From assembly GCF_000025665.1 (NCBI RefSeq), contig NC_013926.1, positions 780,001 through 812,000 on the forward strand: DNA of 32,000 nt. Reading direction: 5' to 3'. The position numbers and the translations under genes are program-made. The notes beneath the pieces were generated by a model. That model had not been told where the DNA came from. It ran no database searches and saw only the letters and a program-made list of their open reading frames with translations. The DNA comes from Aciduliprofundum boonei T469. Lineage in GTDB: Archaea; Thermoplasmatota; Thermoplasmata; Thermoplasmatales; Aciduliprofundaceae. Shown here in pieces: positions 1-11,664 of the stretch. Position 1 is the first letter of the stretch. Each line of letters starts with the position of its first letter.

Positions 1-718
1 CTATACCCTCGTTTATTGTGGGGTTGAAAATTGTTATAGTAAAATGTGGACCTGCCTGCATAACCTGCTTTGTGGGATAATCGCCTATGTAGTTTCCCTC
101 GAAAACTAAAGTTAGAATGGATGCACCATAGGTAATAGAGTACCATGGCTCAACTCCGGTGAGCATGGATATGCTATCCACTATGTTGAATACGAAAAAG
201 TATATGATTGCCACTAGTACAATGGCAACGGTTCCATTGTTCAATAGTGAGGAAAATAGGTAGGTGAGTGCAAGTAAGCTAAGGAGGAATAGGAAGGATA
301 GGCCAAATGAGTACCATAATGCAATGCTAATCTCCTTGTAATAATAGTACACATCTCCCAACGCAAATGCCCAGTATATAAGCATTACAATAGTTGAGGC
401 CAAAAATGATGCTATGTATTTCCCCCAGAATATTGATTCTCTTCGAATTGGGTTTGGAAGAAGGAAATACCCTGTTTTTGTTTGATACTCTCCAGCAATG
501 GCATCACCGCCAAAGAACAATGCAGCCAGGATGATTAAAAATGATATAGGAGAAACCCAGTTTTTGGCAAATTCATTTACCTCCATATAAGATGGCTCAA
601 TATAAAAGTGAATGACCACAATGTATGCTATCACTATGGCAAGTGTTATAAGAATTAGAGTAAGTAACCTTTTAGATCTGATGTAATTTTTAAATTGGTA
701 CTTTGATATTATCAGCAT
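1..718 (-). CDS. ABC-2 type transporter permease, C-terminal part cut by window edge (absent from supplied ORF track)
   Basis: Hand translation of minus strand from ATG at 718-716 gives MLIISKYQFKNYIRSKRLLTLILITLAIVIAYIVV... The frame is open to position 1 (239 codons) with multiple hydrophobic spans. It starts 10 nt after the stop of the same-strand ABC ATPase. Confidence 0.6.
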   Translation of the reverse strand, partial: MLIISKYQFKNYIRSKRLLTLILITLAIVIAYIVVIHFYIEPSYMEVNEFAKNWVSPISFLIILAALFFGGDAIAGEYQTKTGYFLLPNPIRRESIFWGKYIASFLASTIVMLIYWAFALGDVYYYYKEISIALWYSFGLSFLFLLSLLALTYLFSSLLNNGTVAIVLVAIIYFFVFNIVDSISMLTGVEPWYSITYGASILTLVFEGNYIGDYPTKQVMQAGPHFTITIFNPTINEGI

Positions 719-728
719 CTGGAGAAAA

Positions 729-1646
729 TCATTCAATTTTATCACCTCCGATAAGCTTTAGATATGCCTTTTCCAAGGCTAAACCTTCGCTTCTATAACT
801 TGTAATTTTATAGCCCATTTTTAAAAGCGACTTTAAAATTTCATACTGCTCTTCTGCATTGCCAGAGAAATCGATTTGAATCTTATATGGATTTATCTGA
901 TTTATTGCCTTTATATACTTAATTTCCTGTATTGGCTTAATATCCTTTACTGGCTCTAGAAATTCAACTACTACTGAGTTAGAAAGGAATTTTGAAGATA
1001 CATTTTCAATGGTATCGTAGAGAAGAAGAGTTCCCTTGTTAATCATAGCAACTTCATCGCAAACATCGGTGATTTCCGGAAGAAGATGTGATGACATGAA
1101 TATTAATTTTCCATCTTTTTTCAGGTCTTTAATTATTTCCCTTATTTCTGCCATGCCTTGCGGGTCCATTCCTGTGGTCGGCTCGTCTAAAATCATAATG
1201 GAAGGATTTGTCACCAATGCAACAGCCATAGCCAATCTCTGTGTCATCCCTTTGGAGAATTTTTTGACTTTGGTGTTTCTCCATTCATAAAGCCTCACTT
1301 TTTTTAGCGCCTCTAGGATGTCCTTTCTTGTTGCTCCTCTAATATCACATAGCATTGAAAGGATCTCCATAGGAATTAAATAAGGATAGAAATTTGGGGT
1401 TTCAATAAGTGTTCCCACATCTTTGAGAGCCTTTTTCAACTCTTTTTGAACTGAGTACCCGTTTATGATGGCATCCCCAGATGTAGGTCTTAGCAAATTT
1501 GTGAAAATCTTTAGTGTTGTGGTTTTTCCTGCTCCATTTGGACCAAGATATCCAACACATTTTCCACCTTCAACTCTCAAATTCAAATTCCGAAGAGCGT
1601 AGAAATTTCCGTATTTCTTGCTTAAATTTATGGCTTCAAGATACAT
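729..1646 (-). CDS. ABC transporter ATP-binding protein (ABC-2/exporter type, with ~80-aa C-terminal extension)
   Basis: Walker A GPNGAGKTT, signature FSKGMTQRL, Walker B IMILDEPTTGMD, H-loop SSH. Overlaps the upstream gene by 11 nt. Confidence 0.9.
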   Translation of the reverse strand: MYLEAINLSKKYGNFYALRNLNLRVEGGKCVGYLGPNGAGKTTTLKIFTNLLRPTSGDAIINGYSVQKELKKALKDVGTLIETPNFYPYLIPMEILSMLCDIRGATRKDILEALKKVRLYEWRNTKVKKFSKGMTQRLAMAVALVTNPSIMILDEPTTGMDPQGMAEIREIIKDLKKDGKLIFMSSHLLPEITDVCDEVAMINKGTLLLYDTIENVSSKFLSNSVVVEFLEPVKDIKPIQEIKYIKAINQINPYKIQIDFSGNAEEQYEILKSLLKMGYKITSYRSEGLALEKAYLKLIGGDKIE

Positions 1647-2103
1647 CTTTTCTCCTCCTTCTAATCAAAAGCCATCCACCAATACCTCCAAATATTAATC
1701 CGGTTAAGCATATACCACCACTTGCTGTGAGCTGTGCACTTAGGGACATCATAGCTTTCTCGGATTTTAAGGTTAATGCAACTACCGTAGCGTTCTCCTC
1801 CATATTTTTTATTGTGAGGGTGTATGTGCCGTTTAAATGCCCCAATTTTTTAATAATTTGATTTGATACATTTCCTTCCGCTATGATTCCACTAGAATTC
1901 CTAAAGGCGTAGTATATTTTTCGGGATGTGTGCATTGTTAATGTGTAATTTCCATAAGTCAAGTTATAGGTTATGTTTTTCTCTCCATTTCCAGGTATAC
2001 TTAGTGTCTCAACGCCCATGTGAGATACACTTATCGCGTATATGCCTGTGGACGCAAGGATTAATATAATACCTATAACAATCAATGTTTTTTCACGCCG
2101 CAT
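1636..2103 (-). CDS. Small bitopic membrane protein, sequon-rich ectodomain (hypothetical)
   Basis: N-terminal hydrophobic segment LIVIGIILILASTGIYAI. C-terminal hydrophobic segment GGICLTGLIFGGIGGWLLI followed by RRRRK. Seven N-x-S/T sequons in ~100 aa. Overlaps both neighbours by 11 nt. Confidence 0.55.
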   Translation of the reverse strand: MRREKTLIVIGIILILASTGIYAISVSHMGVETLSIPGNGEKNITYNLTYGNYTLTMHTSRKIYYAFRNSSGIIAEGNVSNQIIKKLGHLNGTYTLTIKNMEENATVVALTLKSEKAMMSLSAQLTASGGICLTGLIFGGIGGWLLIRRRRKDVS

Positions 2104-2935
2104 TTTTCACACCTCTCTCCTTTTTCCATCTGTATATGATATATCCTATAGGCACAAATGCCGCTATGAATGTCAAAATCAAAAAGTATGTGGTTGCAAT
2201 GTATCCTTCAAATGCTCCCGATATGTTGTAGAAATAAATCCATAGAAAAGTGGCCATTAAGATAAAGAACACTATATTCAAACTAAGTATTGTTGCCTTG
2301 AATACTGTATCCTTTCCTATCCTCATAACTCCAGAATGAAGAGCCACAGGATATTTCTTTCCCGCGTATATTATGAAGTATAAGAGTGCAAGATATACCC
2401 CAGCTAAAATTATGTAAGTGGTATAGAAATCGTTCTTGCTTGACCAGCCATTGGGATTTCCAGAAGCATCAAAATGCACTGCCAACCTACTTGGCAATGA
2501 GGGATAGGATATCAGCATCATAAGGAGGAGGATTAGGAAAAGTATAATCCCAAGGTATTTCCACACGAATGTGGTTTCTAAAGGTTTAATGGGTTTAACA
2601 GGTCCTTTTACTTCAACTCTCTCCTCCTCAAGTTTATGGGACGCATAGATTATCCCGACTATTGAGATTATGAGAAGTGGAACTATTAGGGCTATTATGT
2701 AGTATACAATGTTGTTCAGTATTATTATTGGAAAGAGGAACAATGCGTGGATAGCCATAAGAATACCTGCAAATATGTTTGTTTTATTCCATACCTTCCT
2801 GCTTGAAAATGAGTATCCTATGCGAAATCCAAAATATGGGTTTGGCCCTATTTTAGGCGCTAAAAATAACACAAGGAGTGCGGATATCAAATATATTACA
2901 TTGATTATCAAGAGGAACACAGACATCCCATTCAT
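2093..2935 (-). CDS. Polytopic membrane protein with SdpI-like and DUF1648-like segments
   Basis: N-terminal PKIGPNPYFGFRIGYSFSSRKVWNKTN resembles the SdpI-family motif. LPSRLAVHFDASGNPNGWSSK resembles DUF1648. Multiple TM spans. ATGA overlap with the PadR gene stop. Confidence 0.6.
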   Translation of the reverse strand: MNGMSVFLLIINVIYLISALLVLFLAPKIGPNPYFGFRIGYSFSSRKVWNKTNIFAGILMAIHALFLFPIIILNNIVYYIIALIVPLLIISIVGIIYASHKLEEERVEVKGPVKPIKPLETTFVWKYLGIILFLILLLMMLISYPSLPSRLAVHFDASGNPNGWSSKNDFYTTYIILAGVYLALLYFIIYAGKKYPVALHSGVMRIGKDTVFKATILSLNIVFFILMATFLWIYFYNISGAFEGYIATTYFLILTFIAAFVPIGYIIYRWKKERGVKNAA

Positions 2936-3279
2936 TCTCCCACCTCTAAGATATTTTTTGCAAGTTTTTCAAGGACTCTATAATCATCTATCAACTCTTT
3001 CAAAAGCTTCTTTCCTTCATCTGTGAGAGCATAGTATTTTCTTGGAACTCCAGAGCCTGTTGTTGCCCAGAAACTCTTCAAAATTTTGTGCCTATCTAAA
3101 TAGCGCAGAACAGGATAAACGGTTGCATCCTTCATTTTTATCCTTCCATCACTCTTTCTCTCAATGTATTTTATTATCTCATACCCGTATGTTTTGCCGA
3201 GAGCATCCACGCTCTTTAATATGAACAATGTGTACAGGCCAGAACGAAGCTCTCTGTTTACCTTATCTCTTATTCCCAT
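2932..3279 (-). CDS. PadR-family winged-helix transcriptional regulator
   Basis: MGIRDKVNRELRSGLYTLFILKSVDALGKTYGYEIIKYIERKSDGRIKMKDATVYPVLRYLDRHKILKSFW...RKYYALTDEGKKLL is a typical PadR pattern. I use the internal ATG at 3279. The track ORF extends to 3444 across the promoter and into the gyrB start. Confidence 0.8.
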   Translation of the reverse strand: MGIRDKVNRELRSGLYTLFILKSVDALGKTYGYEIIKYIERKSDGRIKMKDATVYPVLRYLDRHKILKSFWATTGSGVPRKYYALTDEGKKLLKELIDDYRVLEKLAKNILEVGE

Positions 3280-3288
3280 GCTCTCACC

Positions 3289-3311
3289 TATACCTAACAG
3301 CGTTAGGTATA
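3289..3311. promoter_or_regulatory. Perfect 10-3-10 inverted repeat (TATACCTAAC agc GTTAGGTATA), candidate PadR operator overlapping TATA-like boxes
   Basis: Read directly from sequence. Lies 10-32 nt upstream of the PadR ATG (3279). The right arm runs into ATTATATA/TTTATATAAA TATA-like elements (3307-3329). Confidence 0.5.
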
Positions 3312-3350
3312 TAATCCCTTTATATAAATTTTTCTCTTTGAGTTGCATAA

Positions 3351-5354
<2,004 letters not shown>

Positions 5355-5364
5355 GGTGAAATTA

Positions 5365-7731
5365 ATGAAGATTCAAGAGAGGGCAATAGATGAAGAGATG
5401 AAGGATTCTTATATGGACTATGCCATGAGTGTGATAGTTTCTCGTGCTTTACCAGATGTCAGGGACGGACTAAAGCCCGTACATCGCAGAATTCTTTATG
5501 GGATGTATGAGCTCGGATTGTATCATAACAAACCATATAAGAAGAGCGCAAGAATTGTGGGAGAGGTAATGGGTAAGTATCATCCCCATGGTGATCAGGC
5601 CATATACAATACCCTGGCAAGAATGGCCCAGGATTTTTCTATGCGTTATCTCCTGGTGGATGGTCAGGGAAATTTTGGAAGCATCGATGGAGATTCTCCT
5701 GCAGCTATGAGATACACCGAAGCTCGACTTGCAAAAATTGCAGAAGAGATGCTAAAGGATATAGATATGGAAACTGTTGATTTCATGCCCAATTTTGATG
5801 GGACTTTGAAAGAGCCAGTCGTACTTCCTGCAAGAATACCCAATCTTTTAATTAACGGCTCCTCAGGTATTGCTGTTGGAATGGCCACCAACATGCCGCC
5901 CCATAATCTTTCAGAGATAGTTGATGCCTTAATTTATCTAATAGATCATCCAGATGCAGATGTGGATGAGCTTTTGGAATTTGTTAAAGGTCCAGATTTT
6001 CCAACAGGTGGTACGATAATCGGTTATGAGGGGCTTGTGGATGCGTACCGAACTGGAAAGGGAAAGATAAAGGTTCGTGCTAAGTATGAAGTAAAGGAGG
6101 ATAGGATAATAATAAAAGAGATTCCCTACGAGGTGAATAAGAGCACACTTCTAAAGAAGATTGCATCATTGGTTAGAGAGGATAAGCTCCGAGGCATATC
6201 TGATTTGAAGGATGAAAGTGACAGGGAAGGAATAAGGATTGTAATAAAAGTAAAGAGGGATATGAATCCCGAGATAGTGGTTAATCAACTGCTCGAGCAT
6301 ACCGATTTGGAAGTTACTTACGGGATAATAAATTTGGTGCTCGTAGATGGTGTGCCTAGAATTCTAAATTTAAAGGAGCTAATGAAGGAGTATATAAGGC
6401 ACAGGATGGAAGTGCTTGTACGCAAATTGAATTACCAACTCAGAAAGGCAAAGGAGAGGAAGCATATTGTTGAGGGCCTCGTCAAGGCGCTGGGGATGAT
6501 AGATGAGGTTATAGCCACAATAAAAGCATCTAAAGATGTGAAAGAAGCTACGATTAATCTTGTCTCTTTGGGATTTTCGGAAGTTCAAGCTAAGGCAATA
6601 CTGGATATGCGCCTTCAAAAATTAACTTCTATGGAGATAGATGCGCTAATTGAAGAGAACAGAAAATTGGAAGAGGATATCAAGAATATGGAATCCCTTC
6701 TAGCAAGCGAGGAGAAAAGGTATGGTGTTATCAAAGAGGAGCTCTTTGAGATAAAGAATTTGTATGGGGATAAGAGAAGAACGGACATTTATAAGGGCGC
6801 AGTTGAGCGCAGGGACATAGAGGATTTAATTCCAAATGAAGAAGCAGTTATAATTCTAACTGAAAAGGGATATATAAGGAGATTAAAAGTAGATGAGTAC
6901 AGGGCTCAAGGACGTGGCGGTAAGGGAGTTATGATAAATTATGGGGAGGGCGATTTACCGCGGGATATTACAACAGCAAATCTCCACGATTACCTGATGT
7001 TTTTCACGAAGAATGGCAGAGTTTACTGGCTCAAGGCGTATGAGGTTCCTGAGGGAACGAGAAGAAGCAGGGGTAGGGCTATAATAAATATCATACCCAA
7101 ACTTGGGAGCGATGTGATTCGTATGCTCTCTCTCAATGATTTCTCGGGCTACTTGTTTTTCATAACCAGAAATGGAATAGTTAAGAGGACATCTTTGGAA
7201 GAATTTTCAAATCCAAGAAGCACAGGTATAAGGGCAATAATCTTCGATGAGGATGACGAGCTTGTTGATGTGAAAATAACCCATGGGGGAGAGGATATAT
7301 TCCTATTCACAAAGTATGGAAAGGCAATAAGGTTTAGCGAGGATGATGTTCGCGTAATGGGTAGAACTGCTAGGGGTGTTATAGGCATAAAGCTGCAGGA
7401 TGGAGATGAGGTCATATCTTCTGCTGTAGAATCTGAGGGTCCATATGTATTCGCAGTTTTAAGCAGCGGATATGGGAAGAGAACTCCAATAGGTGAGTAT
7501 CGGAGAATAAGAAGAGGGGGAATGGGAGTTAGAAACATAAGCATAAGGAATGCCAATGTTGTAAAAAGTTTGCTGACCACGGAGAATGATGAAGCATTAC
7601 TCCTAACAAAGAATGGGATGAGCATAAGAATAAAGTTGAGAGATGTTTCAGTAATGGGTAGAAATGCAAGAGGAGTTAAACTTATTAAGTTGGATGATGG
7701 AGATGAAGTGGTAAATGTGGCAAAACTCTAA
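5365..7731 (+). CDS. gyrA: DNA gyrase subunit A
   Basis: [49 protein letters not shown] (catalytic Tyr region), and repeated C-terminal beta-pinwheel-type blades. The track starts at GTG 5356. I prefer ATG 5365, 5 nt after GAGGTGA (5353-5359). Confidence 0.95.
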   Translation: MKIQERAIDEEMKDSYMDYAMSVIVSRALPDVRDGLKPVHRRILYGMYELGLYHNKPYKKSARIVGEVMGKYHPHGDQAIYNTLARMAQDFSMRYLLVDGQGNFGSIDGDSPAAMRYTEARLAKIAEEMLKDIDMETVDFMPNFDGTLKEPVVLPARIPNLLINGSSGIAVGMATNMPPHNLSEIVDALIYLIDHPDADVDELLEFVKGPDFPTGGTIIGYEGLVDAYRTGKGKIKVRAKYEVKEDRIIIKEIPYEVNKSTLLKKIASLVREDKLRGISDLKDESDREGIRIVIKVKRDMNPEIVVNQLLEHTDLEVTYGIINLVLVDGVPRILNLKELMKEYIRHRMEVLVRKLNYQLRKAKERKHIVEGLVKALGMIDEVIATIKASKDVKEATINLVSLGFSEVQAKAILDMRLQKLTSMEIDALIEENRKLEEDIKNMESLLASEEKRYGVIKEELFEIKNLYGDKRRTDIYKGAVERRDIEDLIPNEEAVIILTEKGYIRRLKVDEYRAQGRGGKGVMINYGEGDLPRDITTANLHDYLMFFTKNGRVYWLKAYEVPEGTRRSRGRAIINIIPKLGSDVIRMLSLNDFSGYLFFITRNGIVKRTSLEEFSNPRSTGIRAIIFDEDDELVDVKITHGGEDIFLFTKYGKAIRFSEDDVRVMGRTARGVIGIKLQDGDEVISSAVESEGPYVFAVLSSGYGKRTPIGEYRRIRRGGMGVRNISIRNANVVKSLLTTENDEALLLTKNGMSIRIKLRDVSVMGRNARGVKLIKLDDGDEVVNVAKL

Positions 7732-8756
7732 TGATTTATAGAGTAATCCCATAAGTAATCTTCATAATTCACAATTTTTCTCCATCTTTCCTTGCAGGAG
7801 CAGTTTAAATTCTCTAGTGATTCCAAATTTTGAGTCAGGGAGAAGTTTTCTATAGCTTTAAGGACTTTTTCATCGCATTTACCGCAATTGTGTGCTCCAC
7901 GGGTTTTACCTCCTGCGGTTGGAAATGATACCACATCAGCATCCAAATTAGCAGTTCTCTTTAGTACTTCAACCACGCTCCATAGCCATGGTGCTCTATA
8001 CTCTCCTCTACGCCATAGATATTCCACAAGTGTATAATTCTGGATATTCATAGGGTTTACAGATACAATTTCAGAGTACTGTGAGGCGAATTCCACGGAG
8101 TATATCGCTTCTTCAATTGCCTGTCTTTCGCTCATAAAAGGTGGTTTTAGGAGAATGTAGGTTTTCACAGGGATATCAAATTCATTCAAAATTTCAGCAG
8201 CCCTAACATAATCTTCCACTTTAAATCCCTTATTTATCCTCTTTCTCAAAGTTTCATTATTGGCGCTCTCAAGTCCTAAAGCAACCATTATATTTCCCCT
8301 TTCTGCAATTTTCTTTGCTTTCTCCCTTGTTACATACTCTGGTCGACTCTCCACAATTATTCTCTTTGCTGAGGAGAACTTATCGTACAATGCATTTTGA
8401 ATCTTGGGTGGGACTTCCCAATCATCCAAGAATGAGCCGGAGGTGAATACTTTTACAACTTCTTCGTTCTTATATTTTTCAAATGCCTCGTTGATTTGAT
8501 TGAGTAAATCTTCATCACTCATCCTTGGATTAGTATCGTTGAAGTAACCGCACATGGAGCATCCTGAATGATAGGCCCATCTGCAACCCTTGGTGCGGAG
8601 AATGATAACGAAAGAATCCACAATCCTCCCTTGAAGCCTGTCTTTCTCACTCCAAACAGAGATTAAATTTCTTTTATCCTCTCTCTTAGCTCTTTTTCGC
8701 AACTCTCTTATGAATCTTTGAAATTCGTCCATTGAGGGAAGATTGGGAGATAACAT
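7728..8756 (-). CDS. Radical SAM protein, archaeal TIGR01210/RaSEA-like (possible archaeosine-pathway enzyme)
   Basis: Cys cluster [15 protein letters not shown] near the N-terminus, a TIM-barrel-like alternating pattern, and C-terminal Cys pairs HNCGKCDEK ... NCSCKERW. Family assignment is from memory, not searched. Confidence 0.6.
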   Translation of the reverse strand: MLSPNLPSMDEFQRFIRELRKRAKREDKRNLISVWSEKDRLQGRIVDSFVIILRTKGCRWAYHSGCSMCGYFNDTNPRMSDEDLLNQINEAFEKYKNEEVVKVFTSGSFLDDWEVPPKIQNALYDKFSSAKRIIVESRPEYVTREKAKKIAERGNIMVALGLESANNETLRKRINKGFKVEDYVRAAEILNEFDIPVKTYILLKPPFMSERQAIEEAIYSVEFASQYSEIVSVNPMNIQNYTLVEYLWRRGEYRAPWLWSVVEVLKRTANLDADVVSFPTAGGKTRGAHNCGKCDEKVLKAIENFSLTQNLESLENLNCSCKERWRKIVNYEDYLWDYSINH

Positions 8757-8788
8757 AAAAACTTATTTACGCAAAACTATTTACTCTT

Positions 8789-9556
8789 ATGGAGCTTCTT
8801 TTGATCTCTTGGAATGTAAACGGCATTCGTGCTTGTGTGCGTAATGGTTTTCTTGATTTCTTAGAGAAGTACAAGCCAGATATTTTGGCTTTGCAGGAGA
8901 TAAAGGCTACCGAAGATAATATACCCATAGAGGTTCGCTACTATCCAGATTACCACAAGTATTGGAATCCTGCAAAAAAGAAGGGCTATGCAGGCACAGC
9001 ACTATTCACAAAGATTGAGCCTTTAAATATCAAATTTGGAATAGGCGAGGATAAGTTTGATTCTGAAGGGAGGGTTATAACTGCAGAGTATGAGAAATTC
9101 TACCTTGTGAATGCATACTTTCCAAATTCTCAGCATGGCTTAACTCGGTTAGATTTCAAAATTGAGTTTGATAAATTGATTCACTCTTATCTTAATGAGC
9201 TGAGAAAGAAAAAGCCGGTAATTCTATGCGGAGATTTCAATGTTGCACATAAGGAGATAGATTTGGCAAATCCAAAGCAGAATGTGAAGAATGCCGGATT
9301 CACACCACAAGAGCGTGCTTGGATGGATGAGTTTTTGCAGGATGGGTACATTGACACATTCAGGATGTTTACAAAGGAAGGGGGGCATTACACTTGGTGG
9401 ACATACAGGTTTAAGGCAAGGGAGAGGAATATAGGATGGCGTGTGGATTATTTTGTTGTTAGTGAAGAATTAAAAGATAAAGTGAAAAGCTCTTGGATTC
9501 TGAGCGAAGTTTATGGTTCAGACCACGCGCCTATTGCTATGGTGCTCGATATTTAG
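8789..9556 (+). CDS. xth: Exodeoxyribonuclease III / AP endonuclease
   Basis: ISWNVNGIRA, LQEIK, NAYFPN, LCGDFNVAH, WTYR, GSDHAPI are the full ExoIII/EEP catalytic signature. Confidence 0.9.
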   Translation: MELLLISWNVNGIRACVRNGFLDFLEKYKPDILALQEIKATEDNIPIEVRYYPDYHKYWNPAKKKGYAGTALFTKIEPLNIKFGIGEDKFDSEGRVITAEYEKFYLVNAYFPNSQHGLTRLDFKIEFDKLIHSYLNELRKKKPVILCGDFNVAHKEIDLANPKQNVKNAGFTPQERAWMDEFLQDGYIDTFRMFTKEGGHYTWWTYRFKARERNIGWRVDYFVVSEELKDKVKSSWILSEVYGSDHAPIAMVLDI

Positions 9557-9927
9557 AGATCTTTATAAAGGGGAGATTTTAGAACTCTTAGATTCAACTC
9601 AGTATCGTTTAGGTCGCAGATTTCATCGAGCAGATTATTTAATGTATTTTCAACATCATCTGGCAAATTCACGGGAATATCTTCCTTTAGAACCAAGTAT
9701 CCATAGGGCTTTGCTTCTATTTTCTCCACAGGTAATTCCTTTATTATCTCTGCTAGTTTATTGCTCGTGAGGCCATATTCTGTTTTTTCGTAATCCAGAG
9801 AGGTTAGCTTTTTTCCTATCTTTTTAATGTATTCCATATCAAGAAGCGCTAAAATTCTGCTTATATGGAATGGATGTAAACCATTGCATTCTCTAAGCAG
9901 GTACACAATGAGGTCTTTTTCAATCAT
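9553..9927 (-). CDS. Hypothetical 124-aa protein, last gene of the NifX-like/MinD-ferredoxin cluster
   Basis: 8-nt overlap with the upstream ATPase gene. HISRILALLDMEYIKKIGKKLTSLDYEKTEYG weakly resembles the DUF4065/Panacea (SocA-like) pattern, unverified. Confidence 0.5.
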   Translation of the reverse strand: MIEKDLIVYLLRECNGLHPFHISRILALLDMEYIKKIGKKLTSLDYEKTEYGLTSNKLAEIIKELPVEKIEAKPYGYLVLKEDIPVNLPDDVENTLNNLLDEICDLNDTELNLRVLKSPLYKDL

Positions 9928-10798
9928 TAAGCCACCCCCTTACTATTTGGGCAATTCTTTTTATCTCCTTACTCGCAGGGGAATCTGGAGCGTACTCCAC
10001 CAAAGGTTTCATATTTGCCAGGGATTTTGGTATAGAGGGGTCATAGGGGATACGTCCTATTATCTCAACATCGTTCTCTTTGGCAAAATCTTCAATCCCT
10101 CTATATCCAGGGTTCATTCCGTCCTTGTTTATTATTAGGTAAGATGGGATTCTAAAATGCTGTGCAAGCCAATAAACTCTTTTTAAATCGCTCAAGCTTG
10201 ATGGAGTTGGCTCTGCAATTAAAATTGCTTTATTAGCTCCGCTTAAAGAGGCTATAACTTGGCATCCTATACCTGCAGCAGAGTCCACAATTATGTGCTC
10301 TGCTTTTCCCTCCTTTACCCAATTTTTAGCGATATTTTTTTCCTCTGTTACCAATTTTCCACTATTTGGCTTGCCAACATCAAGCTCTGCACTAACTAAC
10401 GGTCCATATTTTGTGTTTGCAATTCTAATCCATCCTGAAACTGTATCATCTATTATTATGGCATCTTCAACAGGGCAAACTGCCTTGCATGCGCCGCATC
10501 CTTCGCATAGATACTCCTTTATTTTATGCTGACCATTCTCTATATAAATAGCTTCATAAATGCAAATATTGTCACAAACTCCACAGTTTATGCACTTATC
10601 AGTTATGGTTGCACTCTTTGCAGATATAACATCTCTTTCAGAATCCCATTTCTCCACATTTAATACGAGATGCAAATTGGGAGCTTCCGCATCTGCGTCA
10701 ACAGCTGCAATTTTTAAATCTTTAAGAAGGGAAATTAGAGAGCCGGTAAAAGTGCTTTTTCCTACGCCTCCTTTTCCGCTGGCTATTACGATTTCCAT
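9920..10798 (-). CDS. MinD/ParA-superfamily P-loop ATPase with inserted 2x[4Fe-4S] ferredoxin domain (COG1149-like)
   Basis: Deviant Walker A GKGGVGKST. Ferredoxin motifs CINCGVCDNIC and CEGCGACKAVCP inserted after the P-loop. Confidence 0.85.
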   Translation of the reverse strand: MEIVIASGKGGVGKSTFTGSLISLLKDLKIAAVDADAEAPNLHLVLNVEKWDSERDVISAKSATITDKCINCGVCDNICIYEAIYIENGQHKIKEYLCEGCGACKAVCPVEDAIIIDDTVSGWIRIANTKYGPLVSAELDVGKPNSGKLVTEEKNIAKNWVKEGKAEHIIVDSAAGIGCQVIASLSGANKAILIAEPTPSSLSDLKRVYWLAQHFRIPSYLIINKDGMNPGYRGIEDFAKENDVEIIGRIPYDPSIPKSLANMKPLVEYAPDSPASKEIKRIAQIVRGWLND

Positions 10799-10799
10799 T

Positions 10800-11660
10800 T
10801 TATAGCACCTCCTCGATGCGCTCTACGATGCTCTCAAATATTTTTGCAGCTCTGCTATCAGGGAATTTTTCAACTACAGGTACACCACTCACATAACTCT
10901 CCAGTATTTCATCAAGCATGGGAATCTCCGCTATTATTTCAGCATCGTAATTTTTCAAGAGCTCATCATGAGAAATCTTGCCAATATCACTACGATTTAT
11001 AACTATCCATGCCTTCAAATTCAGCTTTTTAAGGAGTTTTAGTATCATTTCTAAATCATGTCTCCCAAGAGGTGTTGGCTCTGTGACGGTTATGACTATA
11101 TCAGAGTCCTCTATAGCTGCTGCCACATGATTCCCCGTTCCGGGCATGGTATCAAAGAGGTATATGTCAGCGTCAATATCCATGGCTCTTTGCCTTGCGG
11201 CTAACACTGTTGGATAAGAACGCTCCTCCCCCTCGGCGAGAACGCCAGTAACTAACTCTAAATTATCCTTCACTTTTGTTCTGTATGTGTGGCCTACGAG
11301 GCGATAATCGTCCAGTATGGCCCCCTCCTCTGGACATACTAACTGGCATGTGCGGCATCCGGAGCACAGGGTGGGCATTAGAAATGGATAACCTTCCTTG
11401 AATTGTAAAAGGGCGTTTTCTGCGCAGTTCTCAACGCATAATCCACATTTGGTACATTTACTGTAATCAAATTTTGGTTTGAATAGGTTTACATCTTCCT
11501 CATTCTCGAGCTTTGTTGAAAGGAGAATATAATCGTTGGGGCATTCAACATCTGCATCAACAAACACTACCTTATGCTTTTTAGATAATAGCAACGCCAG
11601 ATTCGTTGCCACTGTGCTCTTTCCTGTTCCACCTTTTCCGCCGGTGACGGTGAGTTTCAT
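10800..11660 (-). CDS. MinD/ParA-superfamily P-loop ATPase with inserted ferredoxin domain (second paralog)
   Basis: MKLTVTGGKGGTGKST, CTKCGLCVENC, CSGCRTCQLVCP. I start at ATG 11660. The 31-codon W/E-rich extension in the track (to 11753) is the alternate frame of the upstream gene's RG tail. Confidence 0.85.
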   Translation of the reverse strand: MKLTVTGGKGGTGKSTVATNLALLLSKKHKVVFVDADVECPNDYILLSTKLENEEDVNLFKPKFDYSKCTKCGLCVENCAENALLQFKEGYPFLMPTLCSGCRTCQLVCPEEGAILDDYRLVGHTYRTKVKDNLELVTGVLAEGEERSYPTVLAARQRAMDIDADIYLFDTMPGTGNHVAAAIEDSDIVITVTEPTPLGRHDLEMILKLLKKLNLKAWIVINRSDIGKISHDELLKNYDAEIIAEIPMLDEILESYVSGVPVVEKFPDSRAAKIFESIVERIEEVL

Positions 11661-11664
11661 TAAA

